Position numbers and translations under genes: made by a program. The notes under the pieces were generated by a model, which saw only the letters and a program-made list of their open reading frames with translations, searched no databases and had not been told where the DNA came from. 64,000 bases of DNA, from NCBI GenBank assembly GCA_963699755.1, contig CAVOVB010000007.1, positions 128,001-192,000 on the forward strand. The letters are read 5' to 3'. Positions 49,868 through 60,308 of the stretch are shown piece by piece (position 1 is the first letter of the stretch; each line of letters begins with the position of its first letter). The stretch is from an uncultured delta proteobacterium. Lineage in GTDB: Bacteria > Myxococcota_A > Polyangia > Polyangiales > Houyiibacteriaceae.

Positions 49868-51262
49868 TCACTTCATCTCTGACGACAAGCGCCGTATCGC
49901 GGCGTCGAGCGACCGCGAGACACAAGTCTGGTCTCGGACGCGGGCCAGCATCGGCCAGGTCGCGCGTTCACCTTCGTGAATATGCTTCTCGAGCTCCTCG
50001 TGCGAAATGTTCGACATGGCTCGGAGGAGCGCGACCGGCCGAAGACGTGGGTGGATGTCGATGTCGCCACCGTAGGGCTGGCCTGCAAGCGAGTGCGCCA
50101 CATCGAAGGTGCTGTAGAGCGGCGTGCGCTTCGTGAGGTCGCGAGCGAGCTCGAGTTGGTGTGTGACCTGGGCGCGAACGCTCGAGACGATGATGCCTGA
50201 CACGACCGGGAACAGACCGCGCCGGCCGGTGACGCGGCGTACGGGCGCGACGTGCGGATTGACCTGGCTGACGATGAAGTGATTGACGTTGTGAAGTCGA
50301 CTTAGGCGACGCATTGGCAGGTCACCCTTGAGGGAGCCATCGATCCAGGTTTCGGTACCCATGTAGGGAACGCTTTCGCCGGACGGCGAGCGCTGCCGCA
50401 AGGTCGTCGCTGGAAACGCACCCGGGATGGCGGCCGAGGCCACCGCCGCGCTGTTCATGAGCACGTCGGGCGTCGTATAGTGGCAGAGCACCCGCGGCTT
50501 TTGGCGCTCGCGTGTGGGGGAAACGCTGATACTGACGGTGCGCCCCGTCCGAGCGTGGGCTTCGGCGAACGTGTAGTCGCCGCAGTTGTGGGCCACGACC
50601 TCTTCGAGGCGGGCAGGATCGTACACGGCGCGTTCGCGCGCGGCACGCTTGGGCGGAAGACGTTTCAACGCGTCGGTTCGGATGACCCGCGGATTGTCGA
50701 AGAGCGCTTTGAGTTCTTCGTCGGTTCGAACGCCCGTACCGCAGGCGATGAGAGCACCCATCGAAGCGCCGGACAGGACGTCGGGCAAGAGCCCCTGCTC
50801 GGACAAGGCCTTCACCACGCCGAGATGGAAGAAGCCCAGGGACGCGCCCCCCGAGAGCAGGAGCGCAGAGCGACCAAAGATGTGGGCCGCCCGCCGGAAA
50901 CCGGCGAGAGTGAATGCGGGCTCTAGTCCTGTCCGATTTGGGTCCGCCAAGTACTCGATGCAGGCGAGCGCCTCCTCGTAAAAGGCTTCGACTAGATACT
51001 TCGTCCCGAGGGGGGTCACTGAATAGAGCCGCGGGTCGGCCAGCTCGCCGAGGTGACGATACAGGGCCTCGCGCAATAGGGGCACCAAGTCCAGGGCCTT
51101 TTCTGCTTCGCGGGTACGGGTGAGCTCCTCGGTATGCTCGCGCAAGAGCCTGGCGTCGTATACGGACGACTTCGGTTCCGCCCGCCAAGCGCCGGCACCG
51201 GTCTTGGCCTCTAAGACTTCAACGTTTGCCCGCCATTCCTGGTAGCTGTCCACGTCGCTCAT
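49868..51262 (-). CDS. Patatin-like phospholipase / TAG lipase with DUF3336-type N-terminus
   Basis: LSGGASLG, GASMG, WIDGS and NHFIVSQVNPH motifs. Confidence 0.88.
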   Translation of the reverse strand: MSDVDSYQEWRANVEVLEAKTGAGAWRAEPKSSVYDARLLREHTEELTRTREAEKALDLVPLLREALYRHLGELADPRLYSVTPLGTKYLVEAFYEEALACIEYLADPNRTGLEPAFTLAGFRRAAHIFGRSALLLSGGASLGFFHLGVVKALSEQGLLPDVLSGASMGALIACGTGVRTDEELKALFDNPRVIRTDALKRLPPKRAARERAVYDPARLEEVVAHNCGDYTFAEAHARTGRTVSISVSPTRERQKPRVLCHYTTPDVLMNSAAVASAAIPGAFPATTLRQRSPSGESVPYMGTETWIDGSLKGDLPMRRLSRLHNVNHFIVSQVNPHVAPVRRVTGRRGLFPVVSGIIVSSVRAQVTHQLELARDLTKRTPLYSTFDVAHSLAGQPYGGDIDIHPRLRPVALLRAMSNISHEELEKHIHEGERATWPMLARVRDQTCVSRSLDAAIRRLSSEMK

Positions 51263-51307
51263 GTGCCAGAAATCGCCCCCCGGAAAAAGAGGACAGCTCC
51301 TCGCTGC

Positions 51308-53155
51308 TCAGGCCTTGCGCTTCTTGACCGTCTCGAAGAAGTTCTTGCCGGGATCGGGAGCGTCGGGGTTGAGCATGCCGCAACCTACCCGGTCTGCCGG
51401 GTCTCGTGGGTCATCGGACTCGGCCGAGAGGTCCGGAAGGCTCATCCCCGAACGGATGACTTCGATCGCGCGGTGGGTCGAAAGATAGACCCGGCCTTCG
51501 GAAGCGAGCTTCTCGAGGAGGCCGCTGCGGTGCAGGACGTCGCGGACCGGGCCTTTGATTCGGGTGAGCACCAGGCGGACGCCCTGAGCCGCAAGCTCTT
51601 CGTCCAGCTCCGCCAGGGTCGCGGCAGCCGCCGAGTCGAGGTCGTTCACCCCGGCTGCTTCGAGGACGAAAGCTCGAACCGGTGTCTCGGCGTCGCGGAG
51701 CAGACCGCGAACCGTTTCTTTGAGAAAGCTCACGTTGCCGAAATAGAATTGGGCGTCGATGCGGACCAGGATGATGCCCGGAATCGTTTCGGCGTGCGGG
51801 TGGCGCGCGACGTTCAGATAGGTCTGCGACTCCGGAACACGTCCGAGCACGGCGAAGTGGGGTTGCGTCGTGCGCACGAGAAAGAGCAGAACCGATGCGG
51901 CGACGCCGACCAGAATGCCCCACTGAATGCCAAGGGACAGAGTCGCGAAAAACGTGAGAACGAGCAGATAGAAGTCGGCGCGTTTGACTCGATAGACCTC
52001 TCTGGCGCCGGGAATGTCGATCAGGCCCGTGACCGCCGCGACGATGATCGCGCTGAGCGCCGCCTTGGGCAGATAGAAGAAGGCGCTTGTCAGAAAGAGA
52101 AGCGTGATGACGACCACTGCGCACGTGACCAGCGCGGCAAGCTGTGTACGCGCCCCGGCACGGACGTTCACCGCGGTGCGCGAGAAGCCTCCTGCGATCG
52201 GGTAGCCGCCCGTCACACCGCCCGTCATGTTGGCAAAGCCTAGCGCGATGAGCTCACGGTTCGGATAGATGTCGTACCGAAATTGCTGGGCGAAAGTCGT
52301 ACCAACGGAGATCGCCTCCATGAATGAGACCAAGGCAATGGTCGCTGCTGCTGGAATTAGCTTTGTGAGGATTGCAGAGTCGACCGAAGGCACGTGCAAG
52401 CCCGGCAAGCCGGCCGGAACCTCGCCAACGACCGATACCCCAGCGGTGGAGAGGCCAAGCAGCCAAACCACGAGTGTCGAGAGGACGACGACGACCAAAG
52501 CTGCCGGCACGCGCGGCCAACGCTTCTTGATCAGTAAGAGCGCCGCAATCGATGACACGCCGATCGCGAGCGTCGGCCAAGACCAGGTGGATGTGCTCCG
52601 GATCGCCTCCCAAACCACCCTGTGAACGTGATGGGTACGAGGAAGTTGGACACCGAGCAGATGGCCGAGCTGGCTCGCGGCAATGATGAGCGCGGCGGCG
52701 GCGGTGAAGCCCGCCACGACCGGGCGGGAGAGGAAATTCACGAGGAAACCGGCGCGGAGAAAACCGAGCCCGGCCTGAACGACGCCGACCATCACCCCGA
52801 GAGCGGCGGCCGCCACGATGTAGCTCTCGGTCCCGAGGGCGGCGATCGTGCCGACGCTGGCGGCGACCAGGATCGAGTCCATCGCCACGGGCCCCACCGC
52901 GAGGTGTCGTGAGGTGCCAAGCACGGCGTAGAGCAAGAGCGGCGCGACGGAGGCATAGAGGCCCTGAATCGGCGGAAGACCGGCGAGGAGCGCGTAGCCC
53001 ATCGCCTGAGGGACCAACATGACCGCTGTCGTCAGTCCGGCCACGAAATCGGGCCCGAAGTCCGCGCGCTGGTAGTTTCGGAGCCAGTCGACGATGGGCA
53101 GCGCAGAAACCCCCAAGCCGCGTGGCGACGAAGTCGCTTTGCGGGCTTGGCTCAT
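51308..53155 (-). CDS. sulP: SulP family anion permease with STAS domain
   Basis: AGLT...VPQAMGYA..AGLPP..GLY, GGFSRTAVN and YFGNV motifs. Confidence 0.94.
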   Translation of the reverse strand: MSQARKATSSPRGLGVSALPIVDWLRNYQRADFGPDFVAGLTTAVMLVPQAMGYALLAGLPPIQGLYASVAPLLLYAVLGTSRHLAVGPVAMDSILVAASVGTIAALGTESYIVAAAALGVMVGVVQAGLGFLRAGFLVNFLSRPVVAGFTAAAALIIAASQLGHLLGVQLPRTHHVHRVVWEAIRSTSTWSWPTLAIGVSSIAALLLIKKRWPRVPAALVVVVLSTLVVWLLGLSTAGVSVVGEVPAGLPGLHVPSVDSAILTKLIPAAATIALVSFMEAISVGTTFAQQFRYDIYPNRELIALGFANMTGGVTGGYPIAGGFSRTAVNVRAGARTQLAALVTCAVVVITLLFLTSAFFYLPKAALSAIIVAAVTGLIDIPGAREVYRVKRADFYLLVLTFFATLSLGIQWGILVGVAASVLLFLVRTTQPHFAVLGRVPESQTYLNVARHPHAETIPGIILVRIDAQFYFGNVSFLKETVRGLLRDAETPVRAFVLEAAGVNDLDSAAAATLAELDEELAAQGVRLVLTRIKGPVRDVLHRSGLLEKLASEGRVYLSTHRAIEVIRSGMSLPDLSAESDDPRDPADRVGCGMLNPDAPDPGKNFFETVKKRKA

Positions 53156-53625
53156 CCGTCAATCATGGCAGCGGCTTGCGAATCGACGGTGCCCCCGCTT
53201 CGTTTCTCGCGGATGCGCGTGAAGAGCTGATACGCGCCCACGCCGACCAGCATCGCAAGACCAAAGGTCAATGCAGCCTGCGATCCGGCCCCCACCGAAG
53301 TGAACGCCGGACCGGGGCAGTAGCCTCCAAGGCCCCAGCCGACACCGAAGATCGCGGAACCGAGAATGAGCCGGGCGTCGATGTCCTTGCGCGTAGGCAG
53401 GGAGAACGCCGGCGCCCAAATCGGCCTTTGCCAGGTTCGAATCGCCCAGCGGTAGACAGGCGTGTACACGACGATGGCGCCGAGCATCACGAAGGCCAGA
53501 CTGGGATCCCAAGCACCGAAGAAGTCGAAGAAGCCGACAATCTTGGCGGGCTGGGTCATGCCGGCGATGGCGAGACCCACCCCGAACAGCGCTCCTCCGA
53601 GGAACGCGCCTATCTTGACCTTCAT
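53152..53625 (-). CDS. YeeE/YedE family sulfur transporter half (PmpB/DUF6691-like)
   Basis: GMTQPAKIVGF, WDPSL and FGVGWGLGGYCPGP motifs. Confidence 0.9.
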   Translation of the reverse strand: MKVKIGAFLGGALFGVGLAIAGMTQPAKIVGFFDFFGAWDPSLAFVMLGAIVVYTPVYRWAIRTWQRPIWAPAFSLPTRKDIDARLILGSAIFGVGWGLGGYCPGPAFTSVGAGSQAALTFGLAMLVGVGAYQLFTRIREKRSGGTVDSQAAAMIDG

Positions 53626-54062
53626 ACCGAACCTCCCAGCACTTCATTGATGACGAAGACGGTGAGCGCAGCGGTGATCATGAACGAGATGGTGGCCACG
53701 GTGGATCGCTTCGACAGACGACCGATTCCGCAAACACCGTGACCGCTGGTGCAGCCGCTCCCGAGCTGAGTGCCGATGCCTACTGCGAGGCCGGCGACGA
53801 TCAATGCAGGGGTCGAGCGACTGATCTCGACCAAATAGTCCTGCGGATAGAAACGGCTCCAACCTGCGCCCGCGGCAAATAGTCCGATCAGAAACATGAC
53901 GCGCCAGGAAATGTCGCCCGCCTCTCGACGGAAGATGCCGCCCGCGATGCCGCTGATGCCGGCGATCCGGCCGTGGAACAGGAGCAAACCGGCCGCTGCG
54001 GTGCCGATCATCAAGCCTCCGAGGGTGGAAGCGATGGGTGTGAAGGATTGCATGGTGCTCAT
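53622..54062 (-). CDS. YeeE/YedE family sulfur transporter half (PmpA-like)
   Basis: GRIAGISG and [18 protein letters not shown] motifs. Confidence 0.92.
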   Translation of the reverse strand: MSTMQSFTPIASTLGGLMIGTAAAGLLLFHGRIAGISGIAGGIFRREAGDISWRVMFLIGLFAAGAGWSRFYPQDYLVEISRSTPALIVAGLAVGIGTQLGSGCTSGHGVCGIGRLSKRSTVATISFMITAALTVFVINEVLGGSV

Positions 54063-54193
54063 TCAAAGCAGCACCGGTGCAAGATCGCCAGCCCTTTATG
54101 TGGCTTGGGTTTGCCGTGAGGCCCGAGTCCTGTTATTTCAGTGACTTAGCTCCGGTTCGCATCGAGCACCGGAGCGACATCAGGAGACCATCC

Positions 54194-55252
54194 ATGCTAC
54201 TTCGGCAACTCTTTGATCACGAGACCTGGACCTACACGTACCTGCTTGCAGATGAAGAATCGGGCGAGGCCGTCTTGATCGACCCGGTGATCGACCAGCT
54301 CGAACGCGACATCAAGCTCCTCGACGAGCTCGGCTTGAAGCTCGTTTACACCTTGGACACGCATACGCACGCCGATCACATCACGGGCTCCGGGCTCTTG
54401 CGCAAGCGCCTGGGCAGCAAGGCTGTGATCGGCGCGAAGGCCGGCGCGGAAGGAGCGGACTTGTTGGTGGAAGACGGAAGCCGTCTGCAGTTCGGCTCGC
54501 TCGAGCTCGAGGTTCGCGCGACACCGGGTCACACCGATGGTTGTGTGACCTTCGTAACCGGGGACCACAGGCATGCGTTCACGGGAGACGCGCTGTTCAT
54601 TCGCGGCACCGGCCGAACCGACTTCCAGCAGGGCAGCGCACACCGACTTTATCGTTCGATCCACGACAAGATCTTCACCCTACCCGATGACACGATCATC
54701 TGGCCCGGGCATGACTACCGAGGAATGACGTTCACCACGGTGGGCGAAGAGAAACGATTGAACCCGCGCGTCGGCGACGGGAGGACCGAAGCGGAGTTCG
54801 CCGAGATCATGGACAATCTCAACCTGCCCACGCCCAAGAAGCTCGACGTCGCCGTCCCTGCGAATCTGCACTGTGGCATCGTCCCGCCGACCTCGATGTC
54901 CGGCGATCCGCTTCCCGAGCGCGGTTGGGCCGCGATCGAGCGGAGCCCCCAAGGCATCCCGGAGGTCTCGATCGGATGGGTTGCGGAGAACAAAGGCGCG
55001 GTCCGAATGGTGGACGTTCGGGAGCTCGACGAAGCCGAGTCCGACGGCAAGATCGAAGGCGTGGACGTCGTTCCGATGGGAACCGTGGGCGAAGCGTCGA
55101 AGGCCTGGGACAAGGAGATCCCGGTGATCACGATCTGCCGTTCCGGCCGGCGTTCGGGGCGGGTCGCGCTCGAGCTCGAGAAGCTCGGGTTCAAGCGCAT
55201 CGCCTCCATGCGCGGCGGCATGGTCGCCTGGCAGAGCCAAGAGCGGCGCTAG
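54194..55252 (+). CDS. Persulfide dioxygenase (ETHE1-like MBL) - rhodanese fusion
   Basis: [39 protein letters not shown]-terminal rhodanese with CRSGRRS. Confidence 0.92.
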   Translation: MLLRQLFDHETWTYTYLLADEESGEAVLIDPVIDQLERDIKLLDELGLKLVYTLDTHTHADHITGSGLLRKRLGSKAVIGAKAGAEGADLLVEDGSRLQFGSLELEVRATPGHTDGCVTFVTGDHRHAFTGDALFIRGTGRTDFQQGSAHRLYRSIHDKIFTLPDDTIIWPGHDYRGMTFTTVGEEKRLNPRVGDGRTEAEFAEIMDNLNLPTPKKLDVAVPANLHCGIVPPTSMSGDPLPERGWAAIERSPQGIPEVSIGWVAENKGAVRMVDVRELDEAESDGKIEGVDVVPMGTVGEASKAWDKEIPVITICRSGRRSGRVALELEKLGFKRIASMRGGMVAWQSQERR

Positions 55253-55899
55253 TGTCGCTGCGCGGTCGCGGGAACGGCGAGCCAAGCTTCGACGTCCTCG
55301 GGGCGGACCGGATCCTCGCCGCGCAGGTAGCGCTCGAGGTGAGGGATGCCGTCCGTTCCCCAGAATAGCTCATCTTCAACGACCATCGTCGGAACGCCAA
55401 AGACGCCGAGCTCGATGGCCTCTCGGCTAGCATCGTGGAGGCGCCGCTTGATCGCGGGATCGCGGATGCGTTCGAGAGCGTCTGGCACACCGGCCTCGTC
55501 GCAGAGCTCGGCGACGACCTCAGCGGAGCCTATGTCGCGACTTTCGGCCCAGGCCGCATCGAAGAGCCTGGTAACCAGGAGCTTGCGGGTCTCGTCGTCC
55601 ATGTCGAGGAGGGTGGCGCGCAGCGAGGGGAGCGGATTGAACGGATGCGAACAGACTGGCGCGAAGGGCACACTCAGTTGCGCAGCTGCCCGAAGGCAGT
55701 CCTTGAACATGTAGATTCGCTTGGACGGGATTTCCGCAGGCCCCTTGTGACCGTGATGATTGAGCAGGCCTGCGAGGAGCGTGGGCTTGGGCTCCACTCG
55801 TAGACCGTGCCTTATCGCGACGCCCTCGAGCTGCCGCCAGGCCAGGTAACTGTAGGGCGAGATGTAGTCGAAATGAAAACGAAGAATGCGCTTCGGCAT
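55249..55899 (-). CDS. 2-hydroxychromene-2-carboxylate isomerase / GST-kappa (DsbA-like) protein
   Basis: [10 protein letters not shown] and GVFGVPT.....ELFWG.D motifs. Confidence 0.88.
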   Translation of the reverse strand: MPKRILRFHFDYISPYSYLAWRQLEGVAIRHGLRVEPKPTLLAGLLNHHGHKGPAEIPSKRIYMFKDCLRAAAQLSVPFAPVCSHPFNPLPSLRATLLDMDDETRKLLVTRLFDAAWAESRDIGSAEVVAELCDEAGVPDALERIRDPAIKRRLHDASREAIELGVFGVPTMVVEDELFWGTDGIPHLERYLRGEDPVRPEDVEAWLAVPATAQRH

Positions 55900-55964
55900 G
55901 CCTATCGAACGCATACCCACGATGCCAACGCCGCACAAGCACAAACGGGTGCTAGCCTGAGGAC

Positions 55965-56696
55965 ATGTTCGAGATGAGCACGGTCGCCGTCCTGGTCGTG
56001 GCCTGCTTCGTGACAGCTACGATCTCCGGAATCCTGGGGATGGCTGGCGGAGTCACCCTCCTCGGCGTGATGACGGCCCTCCTTCCTGCTCCGGTGGTCG
56101 TGCCGCTTCACGGCATCGTGCAACTCGCTTCGAATTGGACCCGGACCTGGGCGTTCCGTCGGTATGTTCGCTGGCAGATCTTCTTCGCGTTCATGATTCC
56201 TGCCGTCCTGGGCGTGGCCATCGCCGCCAACATCTGGTCCGATTTGAAGCTCACCTGGTTCCGTGCCTGGGTTGGCGCGTTCATCTTATTCTTCTTGGCC
56301 TGGCGCCAGTACAAGCCAAAGCTTCGGAATCCTCCGATCTGGTCCTACGCCCTGCTGGGGCTGGCCGCCGGGCTGCTTGCGATCTTCGTTGGCGCCACGG
56401 GCCCGTTCTTGGCGCCCTTTTTTCTACGCGATGATTTCGACAACGAGCAGGTCATCGCGACCAAAGCGGTCTGCCAGACCTGGCTGCACCTCTTGAAGAT
56501 CCCGGCCTTCCTCGCCTTGAGCTTCGACTACGCGCCCTATGCGCCCATGCTCGTGGGCCTGGTCGTCGCGGTGATCGGCGGCACGTATTTCGGTAAACAC
56601 TTATTGAGTCGGATCCCGAAGGAACGCTTCGTCTTCTGGTTCCAGCTCGTGCTCGCCATTCTCGCGGTCTACCTGATCTTCTCTACCGTGCGCTGA
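55965..56696 (+). CDS. Sulfite exporter TauE/SafE family protein
   Basis: SGILGMAGG, HGIVQL.SN and VGATGP motifs; multiple TM helices. Confidence 0.88.
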   Translation: MFEMSTVAVLVVACFVTATISGILGMAGGVTLLGVMTALLPAPVVVPLHGIVQLASNWTRTWAFRRYVRWQIFFAFMIPAVLGVAIAANIWSDLKLTWFRAWVGAFILFFLAWRQYKPKLRNPPIWSYALLGLAAGLLAIFVGATGPFLAPFFLRDDFDNEQVIATKAVCQTWLHLLKIPAFLALSFDYAPYAPMLVGLVVAVIGGTYFGKHLLSRIPKERFVFWFQLVLAILAVYLIFSTVR

Positions 56697-56699
56697 GAC

Positions 56700-57113
56700 T
56701 CAGGTTCCGAGGATCGTGACAGCGACGGTCCTGTGTCGGCGCGGGCCGTCGAGCTCGCAGAAGAAGACGTTCTGCCACGTCGACAGGTTCAGCTTTCCAC
56801 GCCGAATCGGAATCGATTCGCTCGGACCGACAATGCCGGCCTGAATGTGTGAAGCCCCGTTGCCATCGATCCGATCGTGGAGCCAGACCCCTTTGGGAAC
56901 GAGCTTGTCGAGACAGCTCACGACGTCTTTACCAATGTTGGGATCGTCGTTTTCCTGAATCATCAACGCCGCCGTCGCGCCGTGGGCGTAGAGGGCACAG
57001 AGCCCTTCTTGGACGCCGGACGCATCAACGATCTGCTGGGCCTCGCCGGTGAGATCGACGAGCTCGCGTTCCAAACTGGTGGAAAGCGTGATCGTATCGG
57101 TGAAGAGCTTCAT
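56700..57113 (-). CDS. yjbQ: YjbQ (UPF0047) family protein
   Basis: H.TAAL.IQEN.DP, HD..DGNG.SH and TWQ.VFFCELDGPR motifs. Confidence 0.92.
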   Translation of the reverse strand: MKLFTDTITLSTSLERELVDLTGEAQQIVDASGVQEGLCALYAHGATAALMIQENDDPNIGKDVVSCLDKLVPKGVWLHDRIDGNGASHIQAGIVGPSESIPIRRGKLNLSTWQNVFFCELDGPRRHRTVAVTILGT

Positions 57114-57158
57114 ACGAGTAGCGCATACCCACGATGCGACTACAACTCAAGACGAACC

Positions 57159-57908
57159 ATGAATCTAGCCGGACGAACGCTCTTGCTTACCGGCGGGGGC
57201 ACGGGGATTGGGCGCGCGCTCGCGCAGCAGCTCTCCGACAGGCAGAACACCATCTTGATCTGCGGAAGGCGACTCGAGCTTCTCAGGGAGACCGCAGCGC
57301 ATTCGAGTGGCATTCACCCATACCGCTGCGACCTGACTAGCTCGGAGGAGATCCAGCAGATGCTCGCCGCGATCGAGCGTGACGGGCATCAGGTCGACAC
57401 GCTGATCAGCAACGCCGCGATCTTGGGTTTTGATTCGCTGGCAGGTGGCGTCGACTTGGAGGAAGCTAAGAAGATCATCGACGCAAACCTATTTGCCCCG
57501 ATCGAGCTCACCCAGAGGATGCTCGACGCACTCCGCGCGACCGAGGACCCGACGATTGTAATCGTAGGATCGCCAGCGGGCCTCGGTCCATTGGCCACTA
57601 CGCCGATCTACAGCAGCAGCAAAGCCGGCCTTCACGCGTATACGCTCTGCCTTCGCCACCACCTCGGGGACGAGATCCGAGTCATCGAGGTGTTTCCCCC
57701 AACCGTCGACACACCGATGCTCGCCGAGAAAAATTGGAAGAAGATGAGCTCGGAGGAATGTGCGCGCCGGATGCTGCGCGACATCGAACGGGGCCACGAG
57801 GAGATCTGGATCGGCGAGAGCCGGTTGTTTCGTTTCCTGCGGCTCGTGCTTCCGCCTGCGCGCTTGTTCCGACTCGTCAACGACTGGTCGCCACCTGAAG
57901 GAGACTAG
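57159..57908 (+). CDS. SDR family oxidoreductase (DltE-like)
   Basis: TGGGTGIG, ICGRR, YSSSK and EVFPPTVDT motifs. Confidence 0.88.
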   Translation: MNLAGRTLLLTGGGTGIGRALAQQLSDRQNTILICGRRLELLRETAAHSSGIHPYRCDLTSSEEIQQMLAAIERDGHQVDTLISNAAILGFDSLAGGVDLEEAKKIIDANLFAPIELTQRMLDALRATEDPTIVIVGSPAGLGPLATTPIYSSSKAGLHAYTLCLRHHLGDEIRVIEVFPPTVDTPMLAEKNWKKMSSEECARRMLRDIERGHEEIWIGESRLFRFLRLVLPPARLFRLVNDWSPPEGD

Positions 57909-57914
57909 GCATCC

Positions 57915-59132
57915 TCAAGAACGCTTCGGCTTGAAGAGATCCGTGCTCTCTTGTAGCAACGCTGAAAAGACCGCTCCCAGACCACCGAAGCGCAGGATCG
58001 GGCTCTTTCCCTGCGCGAGCAGTCCCATCTGAGCCACGCTCATCATCGCCTCGGAGGCCCCGCCCAATCTGCCGAGACCAGGCATGACTGGTGGATCGGC
58101 CGCCCGATCGGTTCGCCCATCGAGAAGGTCCCGGGCCACGCTCGGGTCGTTGGTGAATGGACGAGCCATCCCGACGACGTCGAGCGCACCGCTTGCAAGC
58201 GCGTCTTCCATGATCGCGCGAGAACGGAAACCGCCAGTTACCATCATCGGAATGTTCACCTCCGCCCGCGCCTTCCTAGCGTACTCGAGGAAAAATGCCT
58301 CCCGGTGGTTCTCCACCTTGTCGAGCATGACGCGGGACTCGTAGCTGCCACCGGAAATTTCGACGAGATCGATGCGGTCTTCTTGAAGCATACCGAGCAC
58401 GCGCATCGATTCCTCTTCCGTGAAACCACCCCGCTGGAAGTCCGCCGAGTTGAGCTTGATGCCGATCGGGAAGTCATCGCCGACCGCCAAGCGAATCTCA
58501 CCGAGCACTGCACGCGCAAAACGAGCGCGGTTTTCGAGCGAGCCACCCCAGCGATCAGAGCGCAGATTGGTCAGCGGCGAGAGAAACTGGCTCACCAGAT
58601 AGCCGTGCGCGCCATGCACTTGCACGCCGGTGAAGCCTGCGGCCTTGGCGAAGGCAGCCGCACTGGCAAAGCTCCGGATAGCCCGTCCGATTTCCGCCTC
58701 ATCCATCGCGTGCGGCTTGCCAAACGCCTTGGCACGACGAAACAGATTGACCGGCTCGACGGCCGAAGGGGCGCCCGGGTTTGGATTCAGGTGGCGTGGC
58801 GTTTGACGACCGGGATGGTTCAGCTGCATCCAGAGATGATTGCCCTGGACCGTCCCCGCCTCCGCCCATTCGCGGAACCGATCGATGTTCGAGTCGGGTC
58901 CGATCGCCACGTTTCGGACCCCCTCCAGATGTGCTCGGTCGATCATCACGTTGCCCGTGATCAAGAGCCCAGCGCCGCCCGCAGACCAGCGCTCGTAGAG
59001 CCGGACCAGGCCTCGCCCTGGCGACTGCTTGGTCGACGCCAAGTGCTCGCTCATCGCAGCCTTGGCGATGCGGTTTGGAAGAGTCGCTCCGCAAGGCAAG
59101 CTCAGCGGTTCATTCAATACGGACGAAGTCAT
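57915..59132 (-). CDS. NADH:flavin oxidoreductase (old yellow enzyme family)
   Basis: NRIAKAAMSE, HGAHGYLVSQFLSP..N.R.D.WGGSLENRAR and KLNSADFQRGG motifs. Confidence 0.92.
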   Translation of the reverse strand: MTSSVLNEPLSLPCGATLPNRIAKAAMSEHLASTKQSPGRGLVRLYERWSAGGAGLLITGNVMIDRAHLEGVRNVAIGPDSNIDRFREWAEAGTVQGNHLWMQLNHPGRQTPRHLNPNPGAPSAVEPVNLFRRAKAFGKPHAMDEAEIGRAIRSFASAAAFAKAAGFTGVQVHGAHGYLVSQFLSPLTNLRSDRWGGSLENRARFARAVLGEIRLAVGDDFPIGIKLNSADFQRGGFTEEESMRVLGMLQEDRIDLVEISGGSYESRVMLDKVENHREAFFLEYARKARAEVNIPMMVTGGFRSRAIMEDALASGALDVVGMARPFTNDPSVARDLLDGRTDRAADPPVMPGLGRLGGASEAMMSVAQMGLLAQGKSPILRFGGLGAVFSALLQESTDLFKPKRS

Positions 59133-59229
59133 GTCTAACCTGGCTCGTCGCCGCTGGGACTCGACCTCTGCAGCGCAATGACGTAAATGACAGAGCCGCG
59201 CATCGAGTCAAATGCGCACGAGGTGGGCG

Positions 59230-60306
59230 ATGGCCTTCGCAGACGAAGATCGAGATATCGGGCAAACCGCGAGCGCCTTGCGGAGTTGGCTGGCCCCCAA
59301 GCTATCGGTGCCCGTAGACGAGATCCGCATCGAGGATCTCGACGCACCGCTGAGCACCGGATTCTCGAGCGACACCCTACTCTTCGATCTCGTCTACCCA
59401 AAGGACGGCGCAGAGCGTCGAGAGGGGTTGGTCGTGAGGCTGGAGCCCGAAGAGTACGTGATGTTTCCGTACTACGACGTTGGGCTGCAGGCGAAGGTCC
59501 TGCAGCGTCTCAAAGACACCGATGTTCCCGTGCCCATCGTGCGCTGGTTCGAGGGGGACAAATCGGCTCTTGGGGTTCCGTTCTACGTGATGAATCGAGT
59601 CGAGGGACGAATCCCGACGGACAATCCACCCATGCACGACGAAGGCTGGCTCGCCGAGGAAACCTCCGAAGCAGAGCGGACCGCCATTTGGTGGAACGGC
59701 TTTGAAGCCATGTGCCAGGTACATCGCCTCGACTGGCAGGCTCTCGGCTTTGATTTCCTGGCCGAGCCGAGGCGCGGTGATACGCCTCTCGACCAGCAGC
59801 TCGACTACTGGCAGGAGTACTTTCGATGGGGCATGGAGGCTTCTCGACATCCCGACATTGCGCGGGCGCTCGAATACCTCGAGGCAAACAAGCCCGAGGA
59901 AGAGCTGATTGCGCTCTGTTGGGGGGACTCGCGGCTCGCGAACCAGATCTTCGACGGAGTCGACTGCGTCGCGGTGCTCGATTGGGAAATGGCCAGGCTA
60001 GGCGACCCCGTGCAGGACCTCGCCTGGTGGCTCGCGTCCGACCGATGCTTCAGCGAGGGCCTGGAGCTCGAGCGCCTTTCCGGTTTTCCCGGCAAGGAAG
60101 AGTCGATCGCGCGCTGGAAAGAAGCCACTGGCCACAGCGCTGCGAACTTCGAGTACTACTCCATTCTGGCGCTCACGCGTTTCTCGATGAACATGGCGCG
60201 CGTCGGACAATACATGAAGCAGATCGAAATCATAGATGAAGAGAATGAATTCGACTATGAAAACTTGGCATCGATCACTCTGCGACGCGCACTTTCGGAG
60301 CTTTGA
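59230..60306 (+). CDS. Aminoglycoside-phosphotransferase-like protein (acyl-CoA catabolism-associated)
   Basis: G.SSDT, FYVM.RVEG, WGDSRLAN and LDWEMA..GDP..DL motifs. Confidence 0.88.
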   Translation: MAFADEDRDIGQTASALRSWLAPKLSVPVDEIRIEDLDAPLSTGFSSDTLLFDLVYPKDGAERREGLVVRLEPEEYVMFPYYDVGLQAKVLQRLKDTDVPVPIVRWFEGDKSALGVPFYVMNRVEGRIPTDNPPMHDEGWLAEETSEAERTAIWWNGFEAMCQVHRLDWQALGFDFLAEPRRGDTPLDQQLDYWQEYFRWGMEASRHPDIARALEYLEANKPEEELIALCWGDSRLANQIFDGVDCVAVLDWEMARLGDPVQDLAWWLASDRCFSEGLELERLSGFPGKEESIARWKEATGHSAANFEYYSILALTRFSMNMARVGQYMKQIEIIDEENEFDYENLASITLRRALSEL

Positions 60307-60308
60307 AA

